A stretch of DNA of 41,832 bases from NCBI GenBank assembly GCA_903826715.1, contig CAIKFN010000037.1, positions 1 through 41,832 on the forward strand, in the 5' to 3' direction. Positions 19,022-28,542 of this stretch are shown here, in pieces. The position numbers and the translations under genes were made by a program. How positions within the stretch are numbered: position 1 is the stretch's first letter; each line of letters opens with the position of its first letter. The DNA is from an uncultured Actinomycetes bacterium. GTDB lineage: Bacteria > Actinomycetota > Acidimicrobiia > Acidimicrobiales > RAAP-2. The notes below the pieces were generated by a model, which was not told the DNA's origin, made no database searches, and saw only the letters and a program-made list of their open reading frames with translations.

Positions 19022-20893
19022 ATGGCACATTTAATTGAAACAGCAACAACACCACTGAAGTCAGTGGATGTCGATGTAATTACTTTGGACCTAGTGGAGA
19101 ACGCTCTTCGTCACGCTCGTTATGAGATGGACGAAGTTCTCTTCCGTACAGCGTTGTCACCAGGAATTCGTGAGCAGCACGACGAATTCCCACTCATTGG
19201 TGACCCAGAAGGAAAGATGGTTGTAGGTCAGTTCGGACTCTCCATTCCAGACTTCTTGGCAAACTTTGATGGCACCATTGAAGAGGGGGACGTTCTTCTT
19301 ACGTCTGACCCTTACGCCTGTGGTGCAGCTATTAGTCACGCCAACGACTGGCTCATTGTTATGCCGATCTTCTTCGAAGGTCGCATCGTTGGTTGGTCTT
19401 CAATGTTCGGACACATGTCTGACGTTGGTGGAAAGACTCCAGCATCAATGCCTACTGACGCACGCACCATCTTCGAAGAAGGTGTGGTCATCCCACCATT
19501 CAAGCTTTACAACAAGGGTGTGCTGGCTGAAGATGCACTACGCATTATCTTGAACCAGGTTCGAAAGCCCGACTGGAACCGCGCTGACCTTAACGGTCTA
19601 GTCGCTGCTTGTCGTACTGCTGGTCGTCGTGTAGTTGAGCTTTGTGAGCGATTCGGTGCTGATGTCTACACATCTGCTCTTGAGGCTCTCATGGACCGTA
19701 ACTACCGCGCCATGAAGGCACTTCTTGCAATGGTCTTCAAGGAAAACGAGACACTCCAGTTCACCGACTACATCTGTGACGATGGTGTTGGATACGGACC
19801 ATACGAACTCAAGCTCAGCCTTACTCGCGTTGGCGACAAGGTGACCCTTGACTTCTCAGGTTCAAGTCCACAAGCGCAGGGACCAATTAACTACTACATC
19901 AATGAAAACCTTGTACGTATGTTCTTTGGAATCTACATGATTACTGTTGCTGACCCACAGATTCTGTGGAACGACGGTTTCTACCCACTTGTTGACGTCA
20001 TCATTCCTGACGACTCATTCTGGAAGCCAAAATACCCAGCGGCGCTGAACGCACGTAACCACGGTATTGGTCGAGTATTCGACCTCTTCGGTGGACTACT
20101 TGGACAGACCAACCCAGACCTGTTGAACGCAGCTGGATTCTCATCTTCACCTCACTTCATGTTCTCTGGTAACTACACAGAGGGTGACCGCAAGGGTGAA
20201 TGGTTCCAGCTCTACTCAATTGGCTTCGGTGGAATTCCTGGACGACCAATTGGTGACGGACCTGACGGACACTCACTGTGGCCATCATTCGTTAACATTC
20301 CGTGTGAATACCTTGAGTCGTATTACCCACTACGTATTGAAAAGTGGGAGACCGTAAGTGACACTGGTGGAGCTGGTCTTCACCGTGGTGGTAACGGAGT
20401 GGACGTTGCGTACAGATTCCTAGAACCAGGAACTATCGCAATTCACGACGACCGCTGGTTGACATACCCATGGGGTGTTAACGGTGGAGAACCAGGCGCA
20501 CGTGGAACTAAGTGGATTGACCGTGCAGACGGAACCCGCGAAGTAATCGCGAGCAAGGTTATTGACGTTCCAGTCAACAAGGGCGACGTACTTCACTTCG
20601 TTACTTGGGGTGGTGGCGGTTGGGGAGACGCGCTTAAGCGTGATCCTGAACTCGTTGCTCTCGAAGTTCGACGTGGACTTGTTACTGACGACGGAGCCAA
20701 GGGCTACGGCGTTGTTGTAACGAGCGACGGACACGTTGACGCTGCAGGAACCGACAAGCTTCGTGCTGAGATGAGTAAGGGGCGTCCAACGCCACTTCCT
20801 ACGTTCAACATGGGGCCGCCACTTGCAACAATCCTTGAGCGTTGCTTGGAAGAGACAGGACTACCTGCTCCACAGCCTCCAATTCGTATCTGA
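19022..20893 (+). CDS. Hydantoinase B / 5-oxoprolinase-family hydrolase subunit
   Basis: RTALSPGIRE, DPY...SHAND, GHMSDVGG, E..E..YP, GGAG.HRGG.G and GGGGWGD. Confidence 0.93.
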   Translation: MAHLIETATTPLKSVDVDVITLDLVENALRHARYEMDEVLFRTALSPGIREQHDEFPLIGDPEGKMVVGQFGLSIPDFLANFDGTIEEGDVLLTSDPYACGAAISHANDWLIVMPIFFEGRIVGWSSMFGHMSDVGGKTPASMPTDARTIFEEGVVIPPFKLYNKGVLAEDALRIILNQVRKPDWNRADLNGLVAACRTAGRRVVELCERFGADVYTSALEALMDRNYRAMKALLAMVFKENETLQFTDYICDDGVGYGPYELKLSLTRVGDKVTLDFSGSSPQAQGPINYYINENLVRMFFGIYMITVADPQILWNDGFYPLVDVIIPDDSFWKPKYPAALNARNHGIGRVFDLFGGLLGQTNPDLLNAAGFSSSPHFMFSGNYTEGDRKGEWFQLYSIGFGGIPGRPIGDGPDGHSLWPSFVNIPCEYLESYYPLRIEKWETVSDTGGAGLHRGGNGVDVAYRFLEPGTIAIHDDRWLTYPWGVNGGEPGARGTKWIDRADGTREVIASKVIDVPVNKGDVLHFVTWGGGGWGDALKRDPELVALEVRRGLVTDDGAKGYGVVVTSDGHVDAAGTDKLRAEMSKGRPTPLPTFNMGPPLATILERCLEETGLPAPQPPIRI

Positions 20894-20904
20894 TTTAGAT
20901 ACGA

Positions 20905-21522
20905 ATGGAAAAGATTGATGAAGGTTTTGGTGGGGGACTAGGGTTTGGCAATAAGCCAGCCCTGGTCTCCATCGACCTGATGTTGGCATATTTTGATCCA
21001 AGCAGCCCTATGTATTTGCCATCTCGAGACTGTCTTGAGTCTTCTGCACGAGTTATTGCTGCTGCGAGAAAGAACAACGTTCCCGTTATTCATACCCGAG
21101 TAATTTTCGGTCCTGATGCGGTTGATGGTGCGGTATTCATTCGAAAGATTCCAGCGCTAAAAACATTGATTGGCGACAATCCAATGAACCGGTTTATGCC
21201 AGAAGTTGCACCACTCGACAATGAACTCGTCATTGTCAAGCAGTATGCGAGTGCATTCTTTGGCACCTCACTCAGCTCGACGCTTCGAGGACTCGGCGTT
21301 GACACGCTCGCAATCATTGGCGTTTCAACGAGTGGATGTATTCGAGCAACTGGACTTGATGCGCTACAAAACGGATTCATCCCAATGGTGGTTCGCGATG
21401 CGTGTGGCGACCGAGCCCCAGGACCACACGAATCTAATTTGTACGACTTACAAGCTAAGTACGCCGAAGTAATTTCTGAGTCACAAGTAATTGCGGGTTT
21501 TGACGCATACGGCTCTCGATAA
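20905..21522 (+). CDS. Isochorismatase-family cysteine hydrolase (maleamate amidohydrolase / N-carbamoylsarcosine amidase-like)
   Basis: GFG..PAL.SID (Asp), KQYASAFFGT (Lys), GVSTSGCIRAT (Cys) and DLQAKYA. Confidence 0.85.
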   Translation: MEKIDEGFGGGLGFGNKPALVSIDLMLAYFDPSSPMYLPSRDCLESSARVIAAARKNNVPVIHTRVIFGPDAVDGAVFIRKIPALKTLIGDNPMNRFMPEVAPLDNELVIVKQYASAFFGTSLSSTLRGLGVDTLAIIGVSTSGCIRATGLDALQNGFIPMVVRDACGDRAPGPHESNLYDLQAKYAEVISESQVIAGFDAYGSR

Positions 21523-21534
21523 GAGTTAGCCAGC

Positions 21535-22941
21535 ATGGGACCACGCACAATGGTGGAAAAGATTTGGCAGAGCCAAGTCATTGAGCGCGGAAATGATCAG
21601 CCCGATCTACTTTTCATTGATCTTCATTTTGTTCACGAAGTTTCGAGTCCTCAGGCATTCGATGGACTTCGTGAATCTGGGCGAACACTTCGACGAAGCG
21701 ACCTGACGATTGCTGTTGAGGACCACAATGTTCCAACCGACACACTGGAGCTGAAAGACGCCACTAGCCGCAAGCAAGTTGAAGCACTACGCAACAACTG
21801 CGAAGAATTTGGCATAAAGCTCTTCCAAATCGGCCAGAAAGGCCAGGGGATTGTTCACGTCATTGGGCCAGAAACCGGCCTCACGCAGCCTGGAATGACC
21901 ATTGTGTGTGGCGACAGCCACACGAGTACTCACGGGGCCCTGGGGGCGCTGGCGTTTGGTATTGGAACAAGTGAGGTAGAGCACGTGCTCGCTACTCAAA
22001 CCTTGCCGCAGCGCAAACCTAAGACCATGGCGGTAAACGTCTCAGGTGCTCTTGGCGCTGGTGTGTCGTCAAAGGATTTAGCTCTTGCGCTTATTTCTCA
22101 CGTGGGCACCGGTGGCGGTCAGGGTCACGTTGTTGAGTTTCGAGGTGAAGCAATTCGCAACCTTTCGATAGAAGCTCGAATGTCACTTTGCAATATGTCA
22201 ATTGAATGGGGTGCACGAGCAGGGCTCGTGGCACCGGACGAAAAGACAATTGAGTATCTTCGCGGACGAGAGTACTCGCCTAAGGGCAGTGACTGGGACG
22301 CAGCTGTTGCCTACTGGAGTTCACTCTGCACTGATGAAGGTGCTGAATTTGACCAGGTAGTTGAATTCGATGCCTCAAAGGTTTCTCCCTTCGTAACGTG
22401 GGGAACAAATCCAAGCCAAGGCGTGGCTCTGAATTCTGCAGTACCAACTCTTGAAAGCTTCTCGGACTCGAGTGATCGAACAGCAGCGCAGCGTGCCATG
22501 CAGTACATGGGACTAGAGCCGGGAACTCCTATGAGCGAGATTCCTATTGACATTGCGTTCATTGGGTCTTGTACCAATAGCCGAATTGAAGATTTACGAA
22601 TTGCTGCTGATGTTCTTCGAGGCAGAAAAGTCGCGAGCAGTGTTCAGCTTCTCGTGGTGCCAGGCTCAATTGCTGTTAAAGAAGAAGCTGAGCGTGAAGG
22701 CCTCGACAAGATTTTCTTAGCCGCTGGAGCTGAATGGCGAGGAGCTGGGTGCTCAATGTGCCTCGGGATGAATCCAGACATTGCAGGGCCTGGACAACGC
22801 ACCGCATCAACGTCCAATAGGAACTTTGAAGGTCGACAGGGTCCTGGAGCACGTACCCACCTCGTTTCACCAGCGGTTGCCGCGGCGTCAGCTGTTGCGG
22901 GCAAATTCTGCGATCCGAAGAATCTTGCAGGAGTGAACTAG
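21535..22941 (+). CDS. leuC: 3-isopropylmalate dehydratase large subunit (LeuC family; possibly a catabolic alkylmaleate hydratase)
   Basis: [44 protein letters not shown] and [12 protein letters not shown]; three Fe-S Cys present. Confidence 0.9.
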   Translation: MGPRTMVEKIWQSQVIERGNDQPDLLFIDLHFVHEVSSPQAFDGLRESGRTLRRSDLTIAVEDHNVPTDTLELKDATSRKQVEALRNNCEEFGIKLFQIGQKGQGIVHVIGPETGLTQPGMTIVCGDSHTSTHGALGALAFGIGTSEVEHVLATQTLPQRKPKTMAVNVSGALGAGVSSKDLALALISHVGTGGGQGHVVEFRGEAIRNLSIEARMSLCNMSIEWGARAGLVAPDEKTIEYLRGREYSPKGSDWDAAVAYWSSLCTDEGAEFDQVVEFDASKVSPFVTWGTNPSQGVALNSAVPTLESFSDSSDRTAAQRAMQYMGLEPGTPMSEIPIDIAFIGSCTNSRIEDLRIAADVLRGRKVASSVQLLVVPGSIAVKEEAEREGLDKIFLAAGAEWRGAGCSMCLGMNPDIAGPGQRTASTSNRNFEGRQGPGARTHLVSPAVAAASAVAGKFCDPKNLAGVN

Positions 22942-23531
22942 TGGAGAAATTTATTGTTCATGAGGGAATTGGCATCCCACTTCGCAGAAACAACGTTGAC
23001 ACTGATCAAATTCTTCCATCAAAGTTTTTGAAAATTTTGACCAAGACAGGTTTTGATGGTGCGCTCTTTGCCTCGTGGCGAGCAGATGATGATTTCATTT
23101 TGAACCGCCCGATATACGAAAAGGCAACAGTTCTTATTGCTGGGCCAGACTTCGGAATTGGTTCATCAAGAGAAGCTGCGGTATGGGCATTACAGAATTA
23201 CGGAATCCGTGCAGTCATTGCACCACGCTTTGGTGACATCTTTCGAACAAACGCCGGGAAGTCAGGTCTGCTCGCAGTGTTGCTTGACGAGCAGAAGGTC
23301 AACGAACTTTGGGACTATCTTGATGCGAATCAAGGAGCTTCAGTGGTGGTTGATCTTGAGAATCGTGAAGTACGTGCGGGCAAGAGTTTTAGCGCAATAT
23401 TCGAAATTGATGAGAACACACGATGGCGCATACTCAATGGCTACGACGAGATCGCACTGACACTTGATTCTGACGAATTAATTGCTGCTTTTGAATCGCA
23501 GCGTCCGTCGTATAAGCCAACTGTTTCTTAG
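22941..23531 (+). CDS. leuD: 3-isopropylmalate dehydratase small subunit (LeuD family)
   Basis: NVDTDQI.P, FGIGSSRE.AVWAL, FGDIF..N..K.G and G.DEI.LT. It overlaps the leuC stop (TAGTG). Confidence 0.9.
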   Translation: MEKFIVHEGIGIPLRRNNVDTDQILPSKFLKILTKTGFDGALFASWRADDDFILNRPIYEKATVLIAGPDFGIGSSREAAVWALQNYGIRAVIAPRFGDIFRTNAGKSGLLAVLLDEQKVNELWDYLDANQGASVVVDLENREVRAGKSFSAIFEIDENTRWRILNGYDEIALTLDSDELIAAFESQRPSYKPTVS

Positions 23532-24424
23532 CGAGTGTGCTCAGGTGCCGGGAACCAGCCTGCTCGACCCAGTAGCGCAGGCGTGACTATTCCGAGCTTC
23601 TCGGTAATGAATTGAGCCGCTTCTGTAAGTCGAGCAAAGTCGAGACCAACCTCGATGCCACTGCGTTCAAATAGGTAGGTGAGATCTTCAGTAGCGATGT
23701 TTCCAGTTGCTGCAGGAGCGAAAGGACAGCCACCAATCCCACCTGAACTTGAGTCAAATGAAATCACACCAGCTTCGTATCCCGCAAAAGCGTTGGCGTA
23801 GCCAGTGTTTCGTGTGTTGTGCAGGTGAAGTCGAAGCGGCAACGATGTGACTTCTTTCACAGCTGTGACAATACGGCGAACATCTTTTGGTGTTCCAACA
23901 CCGATGGTGTCGGCGATGGCAATTTCATCTACACCCATTTCTGTTGCGGCCTTGGCAATACTCGTAACCTGCGAGGTTGCAACTTCACCTTCAAAAGGGC
24001 ATCCAAATGAAGCGCCAATTGTGGTGGTGACTTGGAGGCCTTCAGCCTTTGCTCGAGAGACCATTGCTTCAAGACCCTTAAGGGACTCAGCAATCGTCAT
24101 GTTTTGGTTGCGATTTGAAAAGGTTTCGGTGGCGACAATGACAATGTTTGCTTCGTCAACTTTGGTCGCTAGGGCACGATCTAGGCCGCGTTCGTTCATT
24201 ACGAGGCCAATGTAGCTAACGCCATCAATACGCTGAACACCTGACATGACTGCTTCGGCGTCTGCCATCTGAGGGACTCTGTCTGGTCGTGCGAAACTGA
24301 CTGCTTCGATTCGCTTGTGCCCTGCTCCGATGAGGAGCTCAATGTAGGCGAGCTTGTCTTCAGTAGAAATAACTTGCTTTTCATTCTGGAGCCCGTCTCG
24401 AGGTCCAACTTCTACAATTTTCAT
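23528..24424 (-). CDS. HMG-CoA lyase family (DRE-TIM) acyl-CoA lyase
   Basis: EVGPRDGLQNE, FGCPFEG, ADTIG, HLHNTR and GGCPFAP.ATGNIATED. SD GGAGG. Confidence 0.9.
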   Translation of the reverse strand: MKIVEVGPRDGLQNEKQVISTEDKLAYIELLIGAGHKRIEAVSFARPDRVPQMADAEAVMSGVQRIDGVSYIGLVMNERGLDRALATKVDEANIVIVATETFSNRNQNMTIAESLKGLEAMVSRAKAEGLQVTTTIGASFGCPFEGEVATSQVTSIAKAATEMGVDEIAIADTIGVGTPKDVRRIVTAVKEVTSLPLRLHLHNTRNTGYANAFAGYEAGVISFDSSSGGIGGCPFAPAATGNIATEDLTYLFERSGIEVGLDFARLTEAAQFITEKLGIVTPALLGRAGWFPAPEHTR

Positions 24425-24552
24425 CGCAACCTCCGTAGTTGATAAAGAACTTCCTTCATTCTATGCGATTTTACTTCCACAGCACACAGATCGAAACGTG
24501 GTTTTGTAACGCGGGTAAACAGAATCAATCGGGTGTCGCCCCTCAAAATTAC

Positions 24553-25479
24553 TTAGCTGCGAAGAACGACGTTCAGTGGGTTTTGCTTTTTTGCCATTTG
24601 GCTAATTTGTGCGGCAATGAGTTGTGCCATTCTTGGCAACATGGCACTTGAGGCACCGCCAACGTGCGGCGAAATCAGAACGTTCAAAAGACTAAACAAA
24701 ACGTGTCCATCTGGAAGCGGTTCCGGATCAGTTACGTCTAGCGCCAGTCGTAGACGTCCACTGGAGGCTTCTTTAATAAGTGCATCAGTTGATGCAACGC
24801 GTCCTCGTGAAATATTTACGAGTAGTGCGTTATCTTTCATCGCTGCAAGAAATTCCTCATTAATAAGTTCTTCGGTTTCTTCAGTAAGTGGCACCGCAAC
24901 AACCACAATGTCAGCAATCATTAATAGCGAGTGTAATTTGTCAATTGAGTGAACCTGTCCGTTTGAAGTGCTTCGCTCGTTTCGAGCAACTCGAAGGATG
25001 TTGACCTCGAATCCCTTGAGCCGTTCTTCAACTGCTTGAGAAACGCCGCCATATCCAACTAGCAGCACTGTCCGGTCGGCAAGGCTTTCGTATCGTGCTG
25101 GTGCCCAAGTCCCTTGGTTCGCAGATAAAATAAAATGTTTGATGCCTCGTTGTGATGCAAGAATCAAGCCCAGCGCGAGTTCTGCTGTCGATGTTTCATG
25201 CACGGACGCAGCATTTGCGAACACATTTCCTGGTGGTAAATTCTCAGCAACGCCATCAAACCCAACAGATTGACTTTGAATCAATTGCGCTTTAACGCCG
25301 TCTAGAGACCTAAGTAACTCTGGTGAACTCATATATGGCGGCACAACAATGTCGAAGTTGTTTAATGGTGCGGGCGACTTCAAATCCCATTGCACAAAGA
25401 CTGCTTCACAGTTGAGCGTGAGTAGTGCTGCCTCGAGCTCGCCAGTTGGGAGGCTGACAACAGGCAGCGGTTCAGTCAT
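24553..25479 (-). CDS. D-isomer-specific 2-hydroxyacid dehydrogenase
   Basis: GYGGV Rossmann motif, PLTEET, LVNISRG, LDVTDPEPL and SPHVGG. I chose the start ATG at 25479 (7 nt after TATGCT) rather than the ORF-track 25542. Confidence 0.88.
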   Translation of the reverse strand: MTEPLPVVSLPTGELEAALLTLNCEAVFVQWDLKSPAPLNNFDIVVPPYMSSPELLRSLDGVKAQLIQSQSVGFDGVAENLPPGNVFANAASVHETSTAELALGLILASQRGIKHFILSANQGTWAPARYESLADRTVLLVGYGGVSQAVEERLKGFEVNILRVARNERSTSNGQVHSIDKLHSLLMIADIVVVAVPLTEETEELINEEFLAAMKDNALLVNISRGRVASTDALIKEASSGRLRLALDVTDPEPLPDGHVLFSLLNVLISPHVGGASSAMLPRMAQLIAAQISQMAKKQNPLNVVLRS

Positions 25480-25535
25480 GGGTTGGAGCATACTTACTTG
25501 AGTCATCAGATTTCCCTGAAAAACAAAGGAGAAAT

Positions 25536-25711
25536 ATTGCATGCAATTCTTAAGTAGTTTTCGTGAATCTAGAAATTCAAGTGTTCCCCATCGAAGAATC
25601 TTTCAAAAAGCCTTTTATTTGAAGAGAATCAGCCATCAGCGCTGTCCAATTTTCGCCGGCAAGACCTAAATGATCCGGTGAATTGCTTCCTGCGTTTTCA
25701 TGGTATACATT
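25536..25711. promoter_or_regulatory. Candidate GntR operators and sigma70-type promoter of the ABC operon
   Basis: Perfect palindrome ATTGCATGCAAT (25536-25547). TTGCTT (25683-25688) - 17 nt - TACATT (25706-25711), overlapped by ATGGTATACATT (25700-25711). Confidence 0.5.
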
Positions 25712-25741
25712 TCAATAACACAAACTGTTCAGGGGGAACAT

Positions 25742-26884
25742 ATGAAAAGAAGTACAGGAATGACAATGCGTGTAGTCGCAGCGTTGGCGGGAGCCACAAT
25801 GCTGTCATCACTCGTTGCAGCACCAGCATTTAGTTCAGACTCTGCTGCAGTAGCAGCAGCTAAGAAAGAGCTTGCACAATACACAGCATTGCCGAAGTTC
25901 GTTGCACCAGGTGCAAACGTAAACGCTAAGGCAATTTCAAAGAACAAGACTGTAATGATCGTTCCATACCTTTTGGCGATTCCTTACAATGCTGGTTTTG
26001 CTGATGCCGTTAAGCTTGCAAACGCTAAGGCAGGATTCAAGAAGACTGAAGTTTGGGCTTCTGACGGTTCAGTCACAAGCTGGGCTGCCGGAATTACTCA
26101 GGGTATCGCCGACCACGTTGCAGTTATCGACCTAATTTCAGGTGTTGCTGCCGGGTACGTTGTGCCACAGATTAACCAGGCACGTGCTGCGGGAATTGTT
26201 GTAATTGGTTCAACCAATGACGACCCTTCAGTTCCAACACCTTCATACCTATCTGGAGTTGTTCCACTTGACTACGCACTTGCCGGAAAGCTAGAAGCTG
26301 ACCAGGGAACTGTAAGTACAAACGGTGCGCTTAACGCGATCGTTATTACTTCTACGCAAGTACCACCAAGCCTTTCAATGACTCCAGTTGTTGAAGCTCG
26401 CGTGAATGCACTTGGCGGAAAGTACAAGGAAATCAACGTTCAGCCAGCTGACTGGGGATCTCCAACAATTGGAATCGCTGCTCAAGTTCAGGCTGCAATT
26501 GCTGCTGACCCAACCATCAACTACGTCCTACCTAACTACGACGGCGAAGCAGCACTCGCAATCGCGGGTATTAACGCAGCTGGTAAGTCAGGTTCAGTCA
26601 AGGTTGCATCATTCAACGGAACTCCTGACGCCATGAAGTTGGTACAGGCTGGAACGCTTGAAATGAACGTCGGAGAAGACTTGGCATGGGCTGGTTACGC
26701 AACCACTGACGCCAACCTTCGCGCCCTGCTTAAGCCTAAGTCTGTAGGCGTTACATACAACGAGCACCTTCCATTCATCATCTTCACAAAGGCGAATGCA
26801 AACAACGTTGGTGTACCACCAAACTTGACTTCTGGTTACGGAAATGCTCAACTCGGCTACTTAAAGGTTTGGGGAGTAAAGTAA
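25742..26884 (+). CDS. Sugar-type ABC transporter substrate-binding protein (RbsB-like fold)
   Basis: Signal peptide MKRSTG...APAFS, A.AAGI.V, DY..AG, DP.INY.LP.YD and KV.SFNG. SD GGGGGA before the ATG at 25742. Confidence 0.85.
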   Translation: MKRSTGMTMRVVAALAGATMLSSLVAAPAFSSDSAAVAAAKKELAQYTALPKFVAPGANVNAKAISKNKTVMIVPYLLAIPYNAGFADAVKLANAKAGFKKTEVWASDGSVTSWAAGITQGIADHVAVIDLISGVAAGYVVPQINQARAAGIVVIGSTNDDPSVPTPSYLSGVVPLDYALAGKLEADQGTVSTNGALNAIVITSTQVPPSLSMTPVVEARVNALGGKYKEINVQPADWGSPTIGIAAQVQAAIAADPTINYVLPNYDGEAALAIAGINAAGKSGSVKVASFNGTPDAMKLVQAGTLEMNVGEDLAWAGYATTDANLRALLKPKSVGVTYNEHLPFIIFTKANANNVGVPPNLTSGYGNAQLGYLKVWGVK

Positions 26885-26932
26885 CCTCCCTCTAGTTGGG
26901 AATACTTAAAAGGAAATGAACGTAGGGTCGAC

Positions 26933-28525
26933 TTGGACAGAGCAGTGCAAAGCACTGTAACCATTTCCAATGTTTCGCAGCACTTCGGTGCCGTGAAAGC
27001 ATTGGACCGAGTCGGCCTTACGCTTCGTCCTGGCGAAGTGCGTGCACTTATTGGTGCGAACGGAAGTGGAAAGTCAACGCTTGTTAAAGTGATTGCCGGG
27101 TATCACACACCCGATAGCGGTGCAGTGGATGTAGATGGAACTCAGTGCAGCCTCAGCGATGCTCGAGGTGTTAGTGAGCTATGGAAAGTCTCAATTGTCC
27201 ACCAAGATCTCGGACTAATTGATGGACTCAGCATCTTGGAGAACTTCCTTCTCAACGACTTTTCTTCCAGCAATGAGCTAAAAATCAGCTGGAGCGAGAG
27301 AAGTAAAACCGTCTCTAAGTATTTAGAACGTTTTGGCGTAAAAATTTCGCCCTATCGAAAAATCAATGAATGTTCACGTGTTACGCGTGCGCTCATTGCA
27401 CTCGCTCGCGCAGTATGGATTCTTGAATCAGACGTCCGCAACTCCTCTGTAGATGAGAGCGGCATAACTGGAACGCTTATTTTGGATGAACTAACCGCAT
27501 TTCTTAGTGTTGAAGAAGTGCAACTTCTTAGATTGGTTATTAAAGACATTGTTGCTAGTGGTTACAGTGTCCTATTTGTTTCACACGATCTTGATGAAAT
27601 TATCAGTTTTGCTGATCAAATTACAGTTCTGCGAGATGGCAAATGTGTAGCCGACCAGTCAGCACGAGACATCAGCAAAGATGAACTTTTCACGTTGATA
27701 GCTGGACGATCCGCAGAAGATTTAAAAAACAATGCTGTCTCTAACGTCGCTGAAACAGGATCAAGGAAAAAAATTTTTATCGAAGACTTGTCTTCAGGTG
27801 ACGGTGCCCTTGGACCAATCAGTTTCGACTTTGCGTCAGGAGAAGTTGTTGGTATAACCGGGCTTGTCGGCTCAGGCTATGAACTTGTTCCATATTCACT
27901 TTTTGGTGCTGATAAAGGATCAGTAGGGAGTCTGACAATTGAGTCAGGAACAATAAGAATCGATCGATTAACCCCACCACAAGCAATCCAGCTTGGAATT
28001 GCCCTAGTACCGGGAGACAGAAATACTCAGGGTCTATGGAGCGACATGACAATCGCTGAAAACTTAACGGCTACCGACAAAGAGCAGAAGACAAATCCGT
28101 GGTTAATTTCTTGGAAGCGTGTTTGGGGTCGTGGAAATGATGTTGTAAAAGAATATGCGGTCAAGGCCCCGAATTCTCACACAAAAATTCTGCAGCTAAG
28201 TGGCGGTAACGCACAGCGAGTAATGATGGCCAAGGGAATCACTGCTAAGCCATCAATTTTATTGCTGCACGAACCAGTTCAAGGAGTTGATGTTGGATCA
28301 AGAAGTCACATCGCTGACGTAATTCTTGATCGAGCCTCCAGCGGACTTGCAGTTCTGTGCGCAAGTGGAGACCATGAGTTTTTGGCACAAGTTGCAAGTC
28401 GTGTTTTAGTTTTCAGTCATGGGAAAATTGTGAGCGAACTACATGCAAAAGAAGGTCAGCAATTTGTTGGTAAAGACGAGATTGTCTATGCCTGTCAAAA
28501 CAAAATTTCAGTTGACGTTCAATAA
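26933..28525 (+). CDS. Sugar ABC transporter ATP-binding protein (tandem NBD, RbsA/MglA type)
   Basis: Walker A GANGSGKS, HQDL, LILDE, FVSH and V..LRDG. The second NBD has GLVGSG, LSGGN.Q and HEP..GVD. Confidence 0.9.
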   Translation: MDRAVQSTVTISNVSQHFGAVKALDRVGLTLRPGEVRALIGANGSGKSTLVKVIAGYHTPDSGAVDVDGTQCSLSDARGVSELWKVSIVHQDLGLIDGLSILENFLLNDFSSSNELKISWSERSKTVSKYLERFGVKISPYRKINECSRVTRALIALARAVWILESDVRNSSVDESGITGTLILDELTAFLSVEEVQLLRLVIKDIVASGYSVLFVSHDLDEIISFADQITVLRDGKCVADQSARDISKDELFTLIAGRSAEDLKNNAVSNVAETGSRKKIFIEDLSSGDGALGPISFDFASGEVVGITGLVGSGYELVPYSLFGADKGSVGSLTIESGTIRIDRLTPPQAIQLGIALVPGDRNTQGLWSDMTIAENLTATDKEQKTNPWLISWKRVWGRGNDVVKEYAVKAPNSHTKILQLSGGNAQRVMMAKGITAKPSILLLHEPVQGVDVGSRSHIADVILDRASSGLAVLCASGDHEFLAQVASRVLVFSHGKIVSELHAKEGQQFVGKDEIVYACQNKISVDVQ

Positions 28526-28542
28526 GTCTAGAAAGGTTAGAA

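Noticed and set aside
16937-21522. Creatinine pathway (N-methylhydantoinase + N-carbamoylsarcosine amidase)
   Set aside because: Not excluded, but disfavoured. No creatinine deaminase or sarcosine oxidase/dehydrogenase is present, the amidase motif STSGC looks more NicF-like from memory, and the CoA-transferase, LeuCD and lyase would be unexplained.
23528-23531. Convergent overlap of the leuD and lyase stop codons without a terminator
   Set aside because: Common in compact genomes (similar tight convergences occur at 7945/7961 and 39865/39870), and there is no evidence of antisense regulation.
26933-28525. Degenerate ABC motifs (no LSGGQ in NBD1; no Walker A Lys and HEP in NBD2) suggesting a pseudogene
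   Set aside because: One degenerate composite site is normal for tandem-NBD sugar ATPases, and the ORF is full length.
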